From NCBI GenBank assembly GCA_963769935.1, contig CAVYNY010000009.1:96001-160000 (forward strand): 64,000 nt of DNA. Reading direction: 5' to 3'. The translations under genes and the position numbers were made by a program. Shown one piece after another: positions 39,188 through 49,244 of the stretch (its first letter is position 1; each line of letters starts with the position of its first letter). Source of the DNA: an uncultured delta proteobacterium. Lineage in GTDB: Bacteria > Desulfobacterota > Desulfobacteria > Desulfobacterales > JAFDCJ01. The notes under the pieces were generated by a model. That model was not told the DNA's origin. It saw nothing but the letters and a program-made list of their open reading frames with translations, and ran no database searches.

Positions 39188-39643
39188 TCAGGCGGCCTGC
39201 AGCTCAGATGTACAAAACGGGCAGCGCGTGGCCTTGATCGGTATGGTTGAAAAACAATGGGCGCACTCTTTCGTGGTTGGTTCGGCCGCAGGGACCGGCT
39301 TTTCGCGCTTGAGCTTGTTGAGCCCCCGGATCAAGAAAAAGATGGCAAAGGCGACGATCAGAAAATTTATGACGGTGTTGATGAACAGGCCATAGTTGAT
39401 CGTTACGGCCCCCGCTTTCTGAGCGTCGGCCAGAGCCAGAAACGGCCCCGGGGTGGTACCTTCCTTCAGAACGACGAAAAGATTGGAAAAATCTACGTTG
39501 CCCAGCAACAGGCCGATCGGCGGCATAATGATATCGGCCACTAGTGATTTTACGATCAGACCGAATGCCGCTCCGATAATGATGCCGACGGCCATGTCCA
39601 CGACGTTGCCTCTCATGGCAAATTCTTTGAATTCTTTAAACAT
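39188..39643 (-). CDS. mscL: Large-conductance mechanosensitive channel with C-terminal CxxC...CxxC zinc ribbon
   Basis: [27 protein letters not shown] and [16 protein letters not shown]; tail ECAHCFS...RCPFCTS. Confidence 0.95.
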   Translation of the reverse strand: MFKEFKEFAMRGNVVDMAVGIIIGAAFGLIVKSLVADIIMPPIGLLLGNVDFSNLFVVLKEGTTPGPFLALADAQKAGAVTINYGLFINTVINFLIVAFAIFFLIRGLNKLKREKPVPAAEPTTKECAHCFSTIPIKATRCPFCTSELQAA

Positions 39644-39732
39644 GACACTTATCTCCTTTCGTTTGCCTATGAAAAAAATGACCTCCAAATTACATCGATT
39701 CCTGCAAAATCAAGGCAGGCACAATGCGGCCG

Positions 39733-40413
39733 CTACAGCCCGTTCAGCATGATCCGGGCATCCGCCACCACGCACCGACTGGCGCTGCATTTAACGGGAT
39801 TGAGATCGATCGATGCCATATCATTTTCCAAATCCATGACCAGGTCTGAAAAAGCCAGCATCAGCCGGGTCAAAAGGGAAACGTTGATGGGTTCGGCGCC
39901 CCGGTAGCCCTGGAGCAGTTTGGCACCCTTGAGACCCGCCAGCATCGCCGGCACATCTTTTTCGGTAATAGGCGCCATGCGGATGCTCGTATCCTGGTAG
40001 ATTTCAACGCCGGTGCCGCCGATGCCCAGCAGAATTACGGGCCCGAACTGAAAGTCGACCTTGGCGCCGACGATCAATTCGCTGCCCGGCAGCACTTCTT
40101 CCACCAACAGCCCGGCAAATCCCGCCAGGGCTGAAAATTTTTCGAAAATACCCGTCAAACGGAACGCATCCGGTACACCGACGACCACCCCGCCCGCCTC
40201 CGATTTATGGAGGATTTGGGCCGAAACCACCTTGGCGACCACCGGCCAGCCGATCCGTTGGGCCGCAGCGACAGCTTCCGATGCAGTGGTCGTAAGCTCA
40301 TATTCCGGCACCGCTAAACCGGCCAGAGAAAGCAGCCGTTTGGCCTCGGACTCCAGGATCCAGCCGTCCTCCCGTCCGTTTTCAAGGATGGCACGCATGT
40401 CTGCGGTCAGCAT
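39733..40413 (-). CDS. ADP-forming acyl-CoA synthetase, ATP-grasp (beta) subunit
   Basis: KVVSAQILHKSEAGGV, FGPVILLGIGG and DLNPV...VADARI. Confidence 0.9.
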   Translation of the reverse strand: MLTADMRAILENGREDGWILESEAKRLLSLAGLAVPEYELTTTASEAVAAAQRIGWPVVAKVVSAQILHKSEAGGVVVGVPDAFRLTGIFEKFSALAGFAGLLVEEVLPGSELIVGAKVDFQFGPVILLGIGGTGVEIYQDTSIRMAPITEKDVPAMLAGLKGAKLLQGYRGAEPINVSLLTRLMLAFSDLVMDLENDMASIDLNPVKCSASRCVVADARIMLNGL

Positions 40414-41786
40414 GTCTTGTACCTCCGGATGGCCTCAACCATCAGAACCGCCCCTTCAATCGAAGAGGACACCGGCACGTTGTTCAGTTCGAAACCTTCG
40501 ATAAGCATGCGGTATTTTTCCTGGTGGGGTACGTAGGCCACCAGGGGTTTACCCTCCCGACGCAGCACATGGCTTAACCGTGCTCCCAGATCCATACTGA
40601 TTCCCGGTGAATATGGCAACAGCAGCAGGATCACGGCGTCGACTTCGGGCGAGGTGCTCAGACCGCCGGCGGCCGCCACAAAATCCTCGTCCACCGCACT
40701 GCCGGTAAGGTCAATGGGGTTTTCAAGGGAAGCAATCGACTGGATACTGGGCGACAGGTTTTCCCGGATCAGCCGGCGGGTCTGCTCGGATAAATTCGGC
40801 AGTGTAAGACCGTGGGCGATGCAGACATCGGACGCCAGAGCCCCGTGACCGCCGCTGACGGATATAATTCCCACCCTGCCGCTAACGGACGTCTGATAGC
40901 AGCTCAGGGCTTCGCAAAACGACACCATCTCGAACTCGTCCTGCGCTTCCACAATGCCGTACTGGGTCATGACCTCGGAAAATACCCGGTAGTCGCCGGC
41001 CAGCGAAGCCGTGTGGCTCGAGACGGCCCGGCGGCCTGCGACGGATTTACCGGCTTTGAGCATAATGATCGGCTTGCACAGCTGAGCTGCCTTCTGCACG
41101 AACCGGCGGCCTTCATTGCGTTTAAATCCTTCCAGATAAAACGCGATAACGCGCGTGGCGTCGTCTGCGGCCAGGTAATCGAGCAGATCCAGTTCCCGGA
41201 TCAGGGCTTTGTTGCCGATGCTTACCGCCAGGGAAAGGCCCACACCCTGTTCGGCAAATTTAACCATCTGATCCACCAGCACGCCGCCGCTCTGACTGAC
41301 CAAGGCCACGCTGCCGGTTTCGGGCCGGATCAGGCGCTCACCGGGCAGAAAGAAAGTGTCAAAGCGGGTGGGGGCATAGACGCCGAGACAGTTCGGACCG
41401 ATGAAGGGGAAATCCGCTGCCCGGGCCAGATCAACCAGTCGGTCCTGCAGGTCCTGCCGCCCGCTTTCGGCAAAACCGCCCGAAATGACGATCGCCCCGC
41501 CGACACCGTTTTGAATGCAGGCTTGCAAAATGTCAGGCACGAACTCGGCCCTGGCCGCCACCACCGCCAGGTCGATTTTGGCCGGTATGCGGGAGATATC
41601 CTCATAGACCCGGTCGCGCTGAAGGTCGCCGCCCTTGGGATTAACGGGATATACCTTGACCGGGTAGCGCAGAAGGATCTTATTGTAGATGACATTGGCC
41701 GGATGCCGGTCATTGGTCAAGGAAACGCCGATGACGGCGATGGTCCCGGGGTTAAAGAGGGGCCTGTAATCCAAATCGACCTCCAA
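40407..41786 (-). CDS. ADP-forming acyl-CoA synthetase, CoA-binding (alpha) subunit
   Basis: YPVNPKG, ISGGFAE, GPNCLG, VSQSGG, SHTASLAG and NPIDLTG. Confidence 0.9.
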   Translation of the reverse strand: MEVDLDYRPLFNPGTIAVIGVSLTNDRHPANVIYNKILLRYPVKVYPVNPKGGDLQRDRVYEDISRIPAKIDLAVVAARAEFVPDILQACIQNGVGGAIVISGGFAESGRQDLQDRLVDLARAADFPFIGPNCLGVYAPTRFDTFFLPGERLIRPETGSVALVSQSGGVLVDQMVKFAEQGVGLSLAVSIGNKALIRELDLLDYLAADDATRVIAFYLEGFKRNEGRRFVQKAAQLCKPIIMLKAGKSVAGRRAVSSHTASLAGDYRVFSEVMTQYGIVEAQDEFEMVSFCEALSCYQTSVSGRVGIISVSGGHGALASDVCIAHGLTLPNLSEQTRRLIRENLSPSIQSIASLENPIDLTGSAVDEDFVAAAGGLSTSPEVDAVILLLLPYSPGISMDLGARLSHVLRREGKPLVAYVPHQEKYRMLIEGFELNNVPVSSSIEGAVLMVEAIRRYKTC

Positions 41787-41815
41787 GCTAATTGGCAGTT
41801 ATTCGTTATTTGTTA

Positions 41816-43213
41816 TTATGAATCCATCATGATTGTTTTAATTCGAAACGGCCACCTTAACGGGCTGTGCAGCTTTTGCCAGGCCTCTTGGATCCTGATA
41901 ATCTGTTGTGAGCTGAGGGTGGATTCCCCGTATACCTCCCAATGCACCATCTCAATAATCAGCATAATATCAGTTTTTAATTTCGGGAATCGGCAAGCCA
42001 GGCGCGTGCCGTACTCCATGGGTGTTTCATCGGATGCCTGAGGTATTCCGCTGTAGCGGCCCCAGCGCAGCAATGCTGCGTAAAAATCAAGGGCGCTTCG
42101 TTTGGCACCGGTGCGCAGCATCCACTCATAGCAGGCAAGCAAAAACGCCTTCAGCCGGTGCCACCACCATAAAAGATCGACTTGTTCCCATTTTTCATCG
42201 GCACCGTAGCGCTGCCTGAATAGCCATCGAATCGTGTACCATAATGCCAGGCCGGCCACCACAATCCCCAGAGCCAGCAGCAGCGTGCCGCCTCCCCACA
42301 TCAGAACTTTTTGCATCAGCAGCATCCAGGCGCCGGGTTCGTTCCCTTGCGGGGTGCCGGCTGTGCCGGCCGAGGGAGACAAGCCCGGGGGCTGCTGACC
42401 GAATTTCGCATGCCCGAAAATAAACCTGATCACCGCAATCAATATCGGTGAAAACGGTGCGGCGGCACTTTTCATCAGGTCGTATCCGACCACCGAAGCG
42501 CTTCTAAGGTACGGCAGGAAGAATAGAAAAACCGCACCACCCAAAATTAAGGCCCCGACGGAAAAACCGGTGAATACGCCGACAGCGTGATAGCCTGATA
42601 AATAGTCTTTTTTATGACCATGGCCCTGATTGCGGGTCAGTCCAATTTCCGTCAAACTGAAAATAAAAAAGGGAAAAATCAGCCAGACCGTCATCGAATC
42701 ATGGAACTGGAGCCCCGCCTGGGTGTGTAAAATCAATTTAATCAGGAAGAGACTGAAAAATGCGGCCACCCCCCGGTCAAACCGTGTGCAGGCATAAAAG
42801 TAAGATTTTACCTGCAGCGCAAACCGGACCCCGATCCCCCAGAACATAACGGTATATGCCAAAACAAAAATAAGCAGAAACCACGCCAAATGATCCCGCG
42901 GCCGATTAAAAAAATCAGCGAACCAGGCCGGATTCCACAAGGCAGAAGAACGGTAGTAAAAGACATGCACAACCCACAGAACGGTGCCGGCCAGACCGAT
43001 CAGGTGCATACCGATAATCTGAATCACCCGCCGGCGGTGTCTGCGGAGAACAAGCGTCAGCAACGCCGCCAGGCAGAAAGTTCCAAGAGCCTCGGGCAAG
43101 GGATACAGCCGCTGGAAGAATGAAAAAAGCAGAAAGGACGCCCAGGCATAAAGCCAGGTCAGTTCCGCTCCGGCACCGGAGACAAACAAAAAAACGGCGG
43201 GATTTCTTTTCAA
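41816..43213 (-). CDS. DUF4129-containing multi-pass membrane protein
   Basis: Many TMs; C-terminal YAALLRWG...ETPMEYGTRL...EVYG. Follows DUF58 and MoxR. Confidence 0.75.
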   Translation of the reverse strand: MKRNPAVFLFVSGAGAELTWLYAWASFLLFSFFQRLYPLPEALGTFCLAALLTLVLRRHRRRVIQIIGMHLIGLAGTVLWVVHVFYYRSSALWNPAWFADFFNRPRDHLAWFLLIFVLAYTVMFWGIGVRFALQVKSYFYACTRFDRGVAAFFSLFLIKLILHTQAGLQFHDSMTVWLIFPFFIFSLTEIGLTRNQGHGHKKDYLSGYHAVGVFTGFSVGALILGGAVFLFFLPYLRSASVVGYDLMKSAAAPFSPILIAVIRFIFGHAKFGQQPPGLSPSAGTAGTPQGNEPGAWMLLMQKVLMWGGGTLLLALGIVVAGLALWYTIRWLFRQRYGADEKWEQVDLLWWWHRLKAFLLACYEWMLRTGAKRSALDFYAALLRWGRYSGIPQASDETPMEYGTRLACRFPKLKTDIMLIIEMVHWEVYGESTLSSQQIIRIQEAWQKLHSPLRWPFRIKTIMMDS

Positions 43214-43214
43214 T

Positions 43215-44411
43215 TCAGACCGGCGCCTCCATACAGATATCCTCGAGAGGAATGCAATGGCTGAATCGGAATTTTTGATCTGCGGCGGGCCTGTTTGGTG
43301 CACGGCAGACGACCGACACAACCGGCATCCGGCGGTGTTTGAAAAACGCCAAAATTTCCCGGAACGACTCGCCGGATTCATAGGACAAGCTGAAACCGGT
43401 GGTCCCCCAGGGCAGTTTCAAGCCGCGTCTTAGAAAATCGGCCATGTCTGCCAGCGGTGACATCTGCAGCCGGGCCAGTGTCTCGAGGATTTTCGGAACC
43501 TGCCGCGGCCCTCGGCCGATCGGCAAAGCATTTGACCCATCGCCGTTCATCTTCCCGTTTGTCACCAAGCCCACGGCAAAACCCGAACGATCGAAGCGGA
43601 CCGCAGCCGAAGCCGCAACTTCGAGAATTTTTTCAAATTCAGCGTGCGCCCCTTGTTCAGCGAAGCGGGCGACATCAACCATCAGCAATATTTTTTCCTG
43701 GGCGGCAGGCTCGCAGATTTTTTCCTGCAGCTGCCTGAAGCGGGCACTGGCTTTCCAGTGGATATACCGCGCCGGCCGCCCGCTCTGATACTGCCGGGTG
43801 CCGTAAACATAAACGGGATCTTCGATCGGACTTTTGGCTCCGGGAACACCGAAAAAATCGCGACGCGGCAAAGCAAGCGGCTTTAACGGAATCAGACGGG
43901 GATAGACAATGACATCGTGAAAGGATGCTGTTTTTTGCTTTTTCGAATAAAATCCAAAAAGGTCCCCAACGCGCAGTTCCGCGGTTGAGATTTGGTGCAC
44001 TCCGCGCCGCAGTGCCGTCAAATGCCACTGAAAATCGGCCTCCTGATACCAGAGCAGGCTGCATTCTTTTTTAGACGATGCAGCGTTCTCGGCCGACAGG
44101 AAAGACTTTGAGAAAACAACCGACAATTGGACCAGCACCGGCAGCACCTTTGCATTTTGAACCCGGGTGGAAAGGGTCAGCGTTTCTCCCGGAAAAACCC
44201 GTTGTTTGTTCAATACGCTTTCGAAGTGGATTTTGGCCGGGCTCAATCGGCTCCAGCAGTTGGTCCCCGCCATAATTGCGATGACAACCAGGCCCAGCAC
44301 CGTCAAATCGCGTTGATCGTTCAGCAGGGCTATAAAAAGAAAAAGGACCACAAAAATCTGTATCAGGGGGATGATTAAAGCAGTCGGCAGTCTATCTTGA
44401 TTGGTGTCCAT
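43215..44411 (-). CDS. DUF58 domain protein (MoxR-associated)
   Basis: RRGVHQI, GDLFG, IVYPRLIP and GTRQYQSG...IHWKASAR. Confidence 0.88.
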   Translation of the reverse strand: MDTNQDRLPTALIIPLIQIFVVLFLFIALLNDQRDLTVLGLVVIAIMAGTNCWSRLSPAKIHFESVLNKQRVFPGETLTLSTRVQNAKVLPVLVQLSVVFSKSFLSAENAASSKKECSLLWYQEADFQWHLTALRRGVHQISTAELRVGDLFGFYSKKQKTASFHDVIVYPRLIPLKPLALPRRDFFGVPGAKSPIEDPVYVYGTRQYQSGRPARYIHWKASARFRQLQEKICEPAAQEKILLMVDVARFAEQGAHAEFEKILEVAASAAVRFDRSGFAVGLVTNGKMNGDGSNALPIGRGPRQVPKILETLARLQMSPLADMADFLRRGLKLPWGTTGFSLSYESGESFREILAFFKHRRMPVVSVVCRAPNRPAADQKFRFSHCIPLEDICMEAPV

Positions 44412-44419
44412 AATAAAGA

Positions 44420-44790
44420 GTTCATCGTTGATAGTTGATAGATGATCGTTGATAGTTGATAGTTCATAGTTCATAGCTGATAAAAGTGGCTGGAAAGCTT
44501 GAAAGGGAAGAAGAGAAGAAGGTGAGGATAAGAAGATCAGAAACTCAGAAACTCAGAAAAAAACAGGCATTGCTTCCCTTCTACCTTATAACTCAACAAA
44601 CTCAACAAACTGAAACCCTTTTTCCTTTCACCTTTAGCCTTTTACCTCTATCCCTTTTTCTATCAACTATGAGCTATGAACTATCAACTGGCGCGTTCGC
44701 GCCGCCTTCAACCTTTATCTGCTTCAGCCTTATTCAACTCATTAAACTCAACAAACTCAACAAACTCAACAAACTATCAAACTCTATCCG
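44420..44790. repeat. Long modular intergenic repeat array between DUF58 and MoxR
   Basis: (GTTGATA)n, GAAG 8-mers, CTCAACAAA 9-mers (four in tandem at about 44745-44783), CCTTT 7-mers and CTATGAA 7-mers. Confidence 0.8.
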
Positions 44791-44808
44791 CCTGTTACCT
44801 GCCCCAAA

Positions 44809-45744
44809 TCACTCGCCCACCGGTACGGCTGTCCCGCCGATAATATCTTCGACAACCTGTTTGGTTTCAGCGCCTCGCAGCCGTTCTTCTTCTTTGAGAA
44901 TCAGGCGGTGGCACAATACCGGACCGGCCAGCTGTTTGACGTCGTCGGGCAAAACAAACGCGCGTCCCTGCAAGGCGGCCAGTCCCTGCGCGGCCCGCAT
45001 CAAACCGAGCGTTGCCCGCGGACTGGCCCCGTACTGCAGGGCGGAATGACCGCGCGTGCCCCTGACAATATCGGCGATGTAAGCCCGCACGGGCCCGGAG
45101 ACGCGTATTTGCCGGCGGGCTGCCTGCAGCTCAACAAAAACCTCCGGTTGGATGACGGGTCCAAGTTCTTCGAGCGGATCTTTTTCCTGGAAACGTTCTA
45201 AAATCGTAATTTCTTCCGCGCGCTCCGGATATCCCAGGTCGATTTTTAACAGAAACCGGTCCAGTTGGGCTTCAGGCAGGGGAAAAGTCCCCTCAAGTTC
45301 AATGGGATTCTGGGTTGCAATTACAAAAAACGGAGAGGGCAGCCGATACGTCCGGCCGTCAACCGTCACCTGCCGCTCCTCCATGCTTTCCAACAGGCTG
45401 GACTGGGTACGAGGAATTGTGCGATTGATTTCGTCGGCCAGAAGAACATTGGTCATGACCGGTCCGGGTTGGAACTCAAAACTACCCGCCTGCCGGCTGT
45501 AGACATTAAAGCCCGTTATATCCGACGGCAGCAGGTCCGGTGTGAACTGCACCCGTTTAAAGGCCCCGCCGATGCTTCGGGCCAGGCATTTGGCCATCAG
45601 GGTTTTCCCCATACCGGGCACGTCCTCGAGCAGGACATGCCCGTCGGCCAGCAGGGCGACCGTGAGCATCTCGACACACTTTTTTTTGCCGACGATCACG
45701 CGCGCAACATTGTCGATGATTTCCTGACACAGATTGAAATCCAA
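44809..45744 (-). CDS. moxR: MoxR family AAA+ ATPase
   Basis: HVLLEDVPGMGKT, QFTPDLLPSD, DEINR, ATQNPIE, LPEAQLDRF and GASPRA. Confidence 0.95.
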   Translation of the reverse strand: MDFNLCQEIIDNVARVIVGKKKCVEMLTVALLADGHVLLEDVPGMGKTLMAKCLARSIGGAFKRVQFTPDLLPSDITGFNVYSRQAGSFEFQPGPVMTNVLLADEINRTIPRTQSSLLESMEERQVTVDGRTYRLPSPFFVIATQNPIELEGTFPLPEAQLDRFLLKIDLGYPERAEEITILERFQEKDPLEELGPVIQPEVFVELQAARRQIRVSGPVRAYIADIVRGTRGHSALQYGASPRATLGLMRAAQGLAALQGRAFVLPDDVKQLAGPVLCHRLILKEEERLRGAETKQVVEDIIGGTAVPVGE

Positions 45745-45765
45745 AAAAATTCCTCCGGAATATTT

Positions 45766-47649
45766 TTATCCATGGACTTTGACCAGCATGGTCAAACCGA
45801 GCTTTTCAAGCTCGGCCTCATCCGGCCGGCCGCTGTCGGGGTTCCAGCCCATGGCCTGCCGGTATTCCCGGGCCAGATTGTCGATATCCAGGGTAACGCC
45901 GGCCACAGGGCCTTCCTGCTGGGGCGGACGACCAGCCATGCGCTCCGGCAATTTGAAGTCGGCCGGCTGAATGCCTTCGCGGACATTGAAGCTTTGCCGC
46001 AGGGTCTGGATGCGCGCACCGGTGGTCAGGACATCGGCCACAGAAAGGTTCCATCCGGTCACGGCATTTAAAAAATCGACAAAGGGAAAATTGCCGAAGA
46101 ACATCAGCGGCATGAGACATAGACCCGCGCTGGCGCCGGCCTGCAGATAGCTGGATGCCGTGGCGCTCATCGGTCCCTTGCCGGTGTAAGCGTAGCGTTC
46201 AAATTGTTCGATCTTCAACTCGGCATACGGCGCAAAGGCGCCGGGGCCGCCGTCGATGCGCGCCATGGGGGCGGCCGTGTGGCGCCCCGGCGTGGGGTCG
46301 CACACAAAACCGGTGCCCCGGCTAGGCAGAAAAAGGGCATTATGCAGCCCGGGCTCCTGACCGCCCACGTGCATGGCATACTTTTCGGCGCCGCCGCCGA
46401 TTTTCCGCGCGGCAATCCTGACCCCGTCCGCCAGGATATCGCCGAAGCCTTCCCGGGCGGCCATTTTGCCCACCATGGTGATCATGGCTTCGGCATTGCC
46501 CCAGGTCAGGGGCACGCCGTCCATGTCGGCCTCGGAAATGATGCCGTTTTCAAAGCACTCCATGGCAAAGGCCAGGGCCGTGCCGGCCGAGATGGTGTCC
46601 AGGCCGCTGCGGTTGCACATTTCGTTTAACTTGATGATGGCCTCAAAATCGTCGCACAGGCACATTGTGCCGAAAGCGCCGATGGTTTCATACTCGGGCT
46701 TGTGGGTTTCACCCACCGGGTACTTTCCGCCGGTGACATTGAAAATGCCGCCGCAGGCAATCGGGCAGTTGGCACAGCCGTATTTGCGGCTCTGGTGTTG
46801 AAGGACGGCATCGGCATCGGCGATTTTTTCCAGGTTGGCAAAGGACTGGGTGCCGGTCATTTGCCAGTTTTTGACCGGGGTGGCGCCGGAGGCCACCAGC
46901 CCCGCAGTCAGTCCGCAGGTGCCGTGTTTTATCAGTATGTCGGCAAATCCTCCCATGGCACGCATTTCGGCAATAAAATCCTTGCGTAGCCTCTCCAGAG
47001 CTTGGTTATCGGCCACGGCCGCCTTGCCGGTGCCGCGCACCGCCACGGCCTTGAGCTTTTTGGCGCCCATCACGGCCCCCACACCGGAGCGGGCGGCCGC
47101 CCGGCCCCGGTCATTGATGATGCCGCTGATCAGTGACAGCTTCTCCGAAGCGGGTCCGATGCAGGCAATCCGGATTTTCCTGTCGCCGGCCGCGGTCTGG
47201 ATGGCGGTTTCGGTTTCGACAGTGTCTTTGCCCCAGAGCTGGGCGGCATCCTTTAATTCGATCCTATCATCCGTGATCATCAGATATTTGGGAGAAGCGG
47301 CCGCGCCGGAGACAAAAACCGCATCCCAGCCGGCGGCCTTCAGTTCGGCGCCGAAATACCCGCCGGAGTTGGCATCCCCCCAGCCCCCGGTCAAAGGCGA
47401 CTTGCAGACCGCCATGTAGCGTCCGCCGGTAGGTGTTTTGGTCCCGGTCAGCGGCCCCGTGGTGAAGCCCAGTATGTTCTCCGGCCCCAGCGGGTCGACA
47501 CCCTTTTTCTGGCGCTCAAACAAAATCCGCGCCCCCAGACCTTGCCCGCCGATGAAATCCCGCGCCAGGGTTTCATCCAATTTCTCAGTTATAATTTCAC
47601 CTTTTGTCAAATCGACAAATGCAATTTTTCCTGCGTATCCGCCAGCCAT
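45766..47649 (-). CDS. aor: Aldehyde:ferredoxin oxidoreductase (AOR family), second paralogue
   Basis: GYAGKIAFVDL, GGWGDANSGG, AAARSGVGAVMG, CANCPIAC, PEYET and GLDTIS. Confidence 0.95.
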   Translation of the reverse strand: MAGGYAGKIAFVDLTKGEIITEKLDETLARDFIGGQGLGARILFERQKKGVDPLGPENILGFTTGPLTGTKTPTGGRYMAVCKSPLTGGWGDANSGGYFGAELKAAGWDAVFVSGAAASPKYLMITDDRIELKDAAQLWGKDTVETETAIQTAAGDRKIRIACIGPASEKLSLISGIINDRGRAAARSGVGAVMGAKKLKAVAVRGTGKAAVADNQALERLRKDFIAEMRAMGGFADILIKHGTCGLTAGLVASGATPVKNWQMTGTQSFANLEKIADADAVLQHQSRKYGCANCPIACGGIFNVTGGKYPVGETHKPEYETIGAFGTMCLCDDFEAIIKLNEMCNRSGLDTISAGTALAFAMECFENGIISEADMDGVPLTWGNAEAMITMVGKMAAREGFGDILADGVRIAARKIGGGAEKYAMHVGGQEPGLHNALFLPSRGTGFVCDPTPGRHTAAPMARIDGGPGAFAPYAELKIEQFERYAYTGKGPMSATASSYLQAGASAGLCLMPLMFFGNFPFVDFLNAVTGWNLSVADVLTTGARIQTLRQSFNVREGIQPADFKLPERMAGRPPQQEGPVAGVTLDIDNLAREYRQAMGWNPDSGRPDEAELEKLGLTMLVKVHG

Positions 47650-47909
47650 GGAATATCTCCTGCTGTTTTGATAATACCGATTTAAATTCGAACTCATTGT
47701 GCCTAAATCAATTTGTTAAAATAGTCAACAATAACAATAGGGTTGAAAGTTAGACACAGAAGGGATACTATCGAAAAGAAATGATAACCGTTCAGGGGAT
47801 AATGGTCAATCCGAACCATGGATTTGCCCTACAAACCTGAGCTTGTAAACACGTTTGAATAGAGGCAATCTTGAACGGTGAACTTCGAACCTGTAAACGC
47901 TTACAAGAA

Positions 47910-48206
47910 ATGAAGCCGTATTCAGAATCAGAAATAAAAAATATGCTTTCACGGTTGTACTGGGATGTCAAGGTGCATCCTGATCAACTGTATGCGCTCT
48001 TGAAGGGTGAAACAAAAAAGGTCGGACACATTGATATCGCCAACCTTTACCATCGAATGTTGATGACATTTGACTGGTACACTATCCTGAGAATCTTTCC
48101 GCGAGAAAAGCTGTCGGAACTTTTGGATGAGGCCGTGATTGAACGAATTCGTTTTAAAGATCTGAAAGATAAGTACCACTATGCGAGAGAAAGCATTCTA
48201 TCATAA
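47910..48206 (+). CDS. Hypothetical protein, probable partner of the downstream nucleotidyltransferase
   Basis: LYWDV motif; overlaps the start of the AbiEii-like gene. Confidence 0.7.
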   Translation: MKPYSESEIKNMLSRLYWDVKVHPDQLYALLKGETKKVGHIDIANLYHRMLMTFDWYTILRIFPREKLSELLDEAVIERIRFKDLKDKYHYARESILS

Positions 48207-48861
48207 ATTATACGCCCTGCAGGATCAATTAATGGAGTTAATTCAGAAGCAGGACGTCGATTTTTACCTTACCGGCGGTACTGCTTTGGGAAGGTTCTAT
48301 TTGAACCACCGACTTTCCGACGATCTAGACTTCTTCGTTAACCAGGCTGCCGATTTCAAGAAGCAGGCAGAACGCTCTGTGGCCGCCATTAGGAAAAGCG
48401 GGCTGCAAATCGAAATCGGCACAGCATCTGATTCGTTTCTCAGAATTGCGGTTTTGAGAGACGAGATATCAATGAAAATAGATTTTGTTAATGATGTCAT
48501 CTACCATTACGGCGGATTTGAAGCGGCGGATTTTTTCCCTAAAATTGACAGTTGGAGGAATATTCTTTCAAATAAATTGTGCGCAATCAGTCGATCAGAA
48601 CCAAAAGACATAGCCGATTTGCTGTTCATCGCCAAAAACTTTTCTTTTGAATGGCCCGAAATCATAGAAGAAGCAAAAAACAAAGATCTATGGGTCGATC
48701 CGCTGGATGTTTCACGAATTATACAAGAGTTTCCGATAAACTTGTTTGATACCGTAAAATGGATGAAGCCGGTTGACCGGGAAACACTGGGCAATGAACT
48801 CAAGCAGATGCATGATGATATTTTCTACGGACAATCGAATTCCCTGGCTGGTTTGAGGTAG
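48181..48861 (+). CDS. AbiEii/AbiGii-like nucleotidyltransferase
   Basis: FYLTGGTAL, HRLSDDLDFF, KIDFV and NKLCA...R...KDIAD. Confidence 0.88.
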   Translation: MREKAFYHKLYALQDQLMELIQKQDVDFYLTGGTALGRFYLNHRLSDDLDFFVNQAADFKKQAERSVAAIRKSGLQIEIGTASDSFLRIAVLRDEISMKIDFVNDVIYHYGGFEAADFFPKIDSWRNILSNKLCAISRSEPKDIADLLFIAKNFSFEWPEIIEEAKNKDLWVDPLDVSRIIQEFPINLFDTVKWMKPVDRETLGNELKQMHDDIFYGQSNSLAGLR

Positions 48862-48963
48862 TTCGTAGTTGAAGGAAAACCAAGTCCCGTGAGTGGTTGG
48901 GGCACGCCTCCTATGGTCTAATGGATTAAGGTTGTTTTCCGATATATATTCAATTCTGCACCG

Positions 48964-49208
48964 GTCTGAAGCCGGACGGCGTTGTCGGACCGCAGACGCG
49001 CCGGGCGTTAAACTTGACGGTGCAGCAGCGAATCCGCCAAATCATCGTCAACATGGAGCGGTGGCGGTGGCTGCCGCAGAATCTCGGAATTCGATATCTG
49101 CTGGTCAACATTGCCGCCTTCAATTTGACGGTTGTCGAAGAAGGTCAGACCGTGATGCAGATGCGGGTGGTCACCGGTACGCCCTGCCGGCGCACACCGG
49201 TTTTTTTC
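48964..49208 (+). pseudogene. L,D-transpeptidase (YcbB-like) internal fragment
   Basis: GLKPDGVVGPQTRRALN...NMERWRWLP...YLLVNIAAFNL...MRVVTG...RRTPVF, with no start and no catalytic C-terminus. Confidence 0.8.
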
Positions 49209-49244
49209 GGCCCGGTTAACATATCAGGCAAATCTTCCAGGTCT

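Noticed and set aside
44420..44790. CRISPR array or similar guide array in the repeat-rich spacers
   Set aside because: The units are 7-9 nt tandem degenerate repeats without unique regular spacers, and there are no cas genes in the window.
44486..45049. 187-aa + strand ORF
   Set aside because: It is a translation of simple repeats plus antisense moxR, with low complexity.
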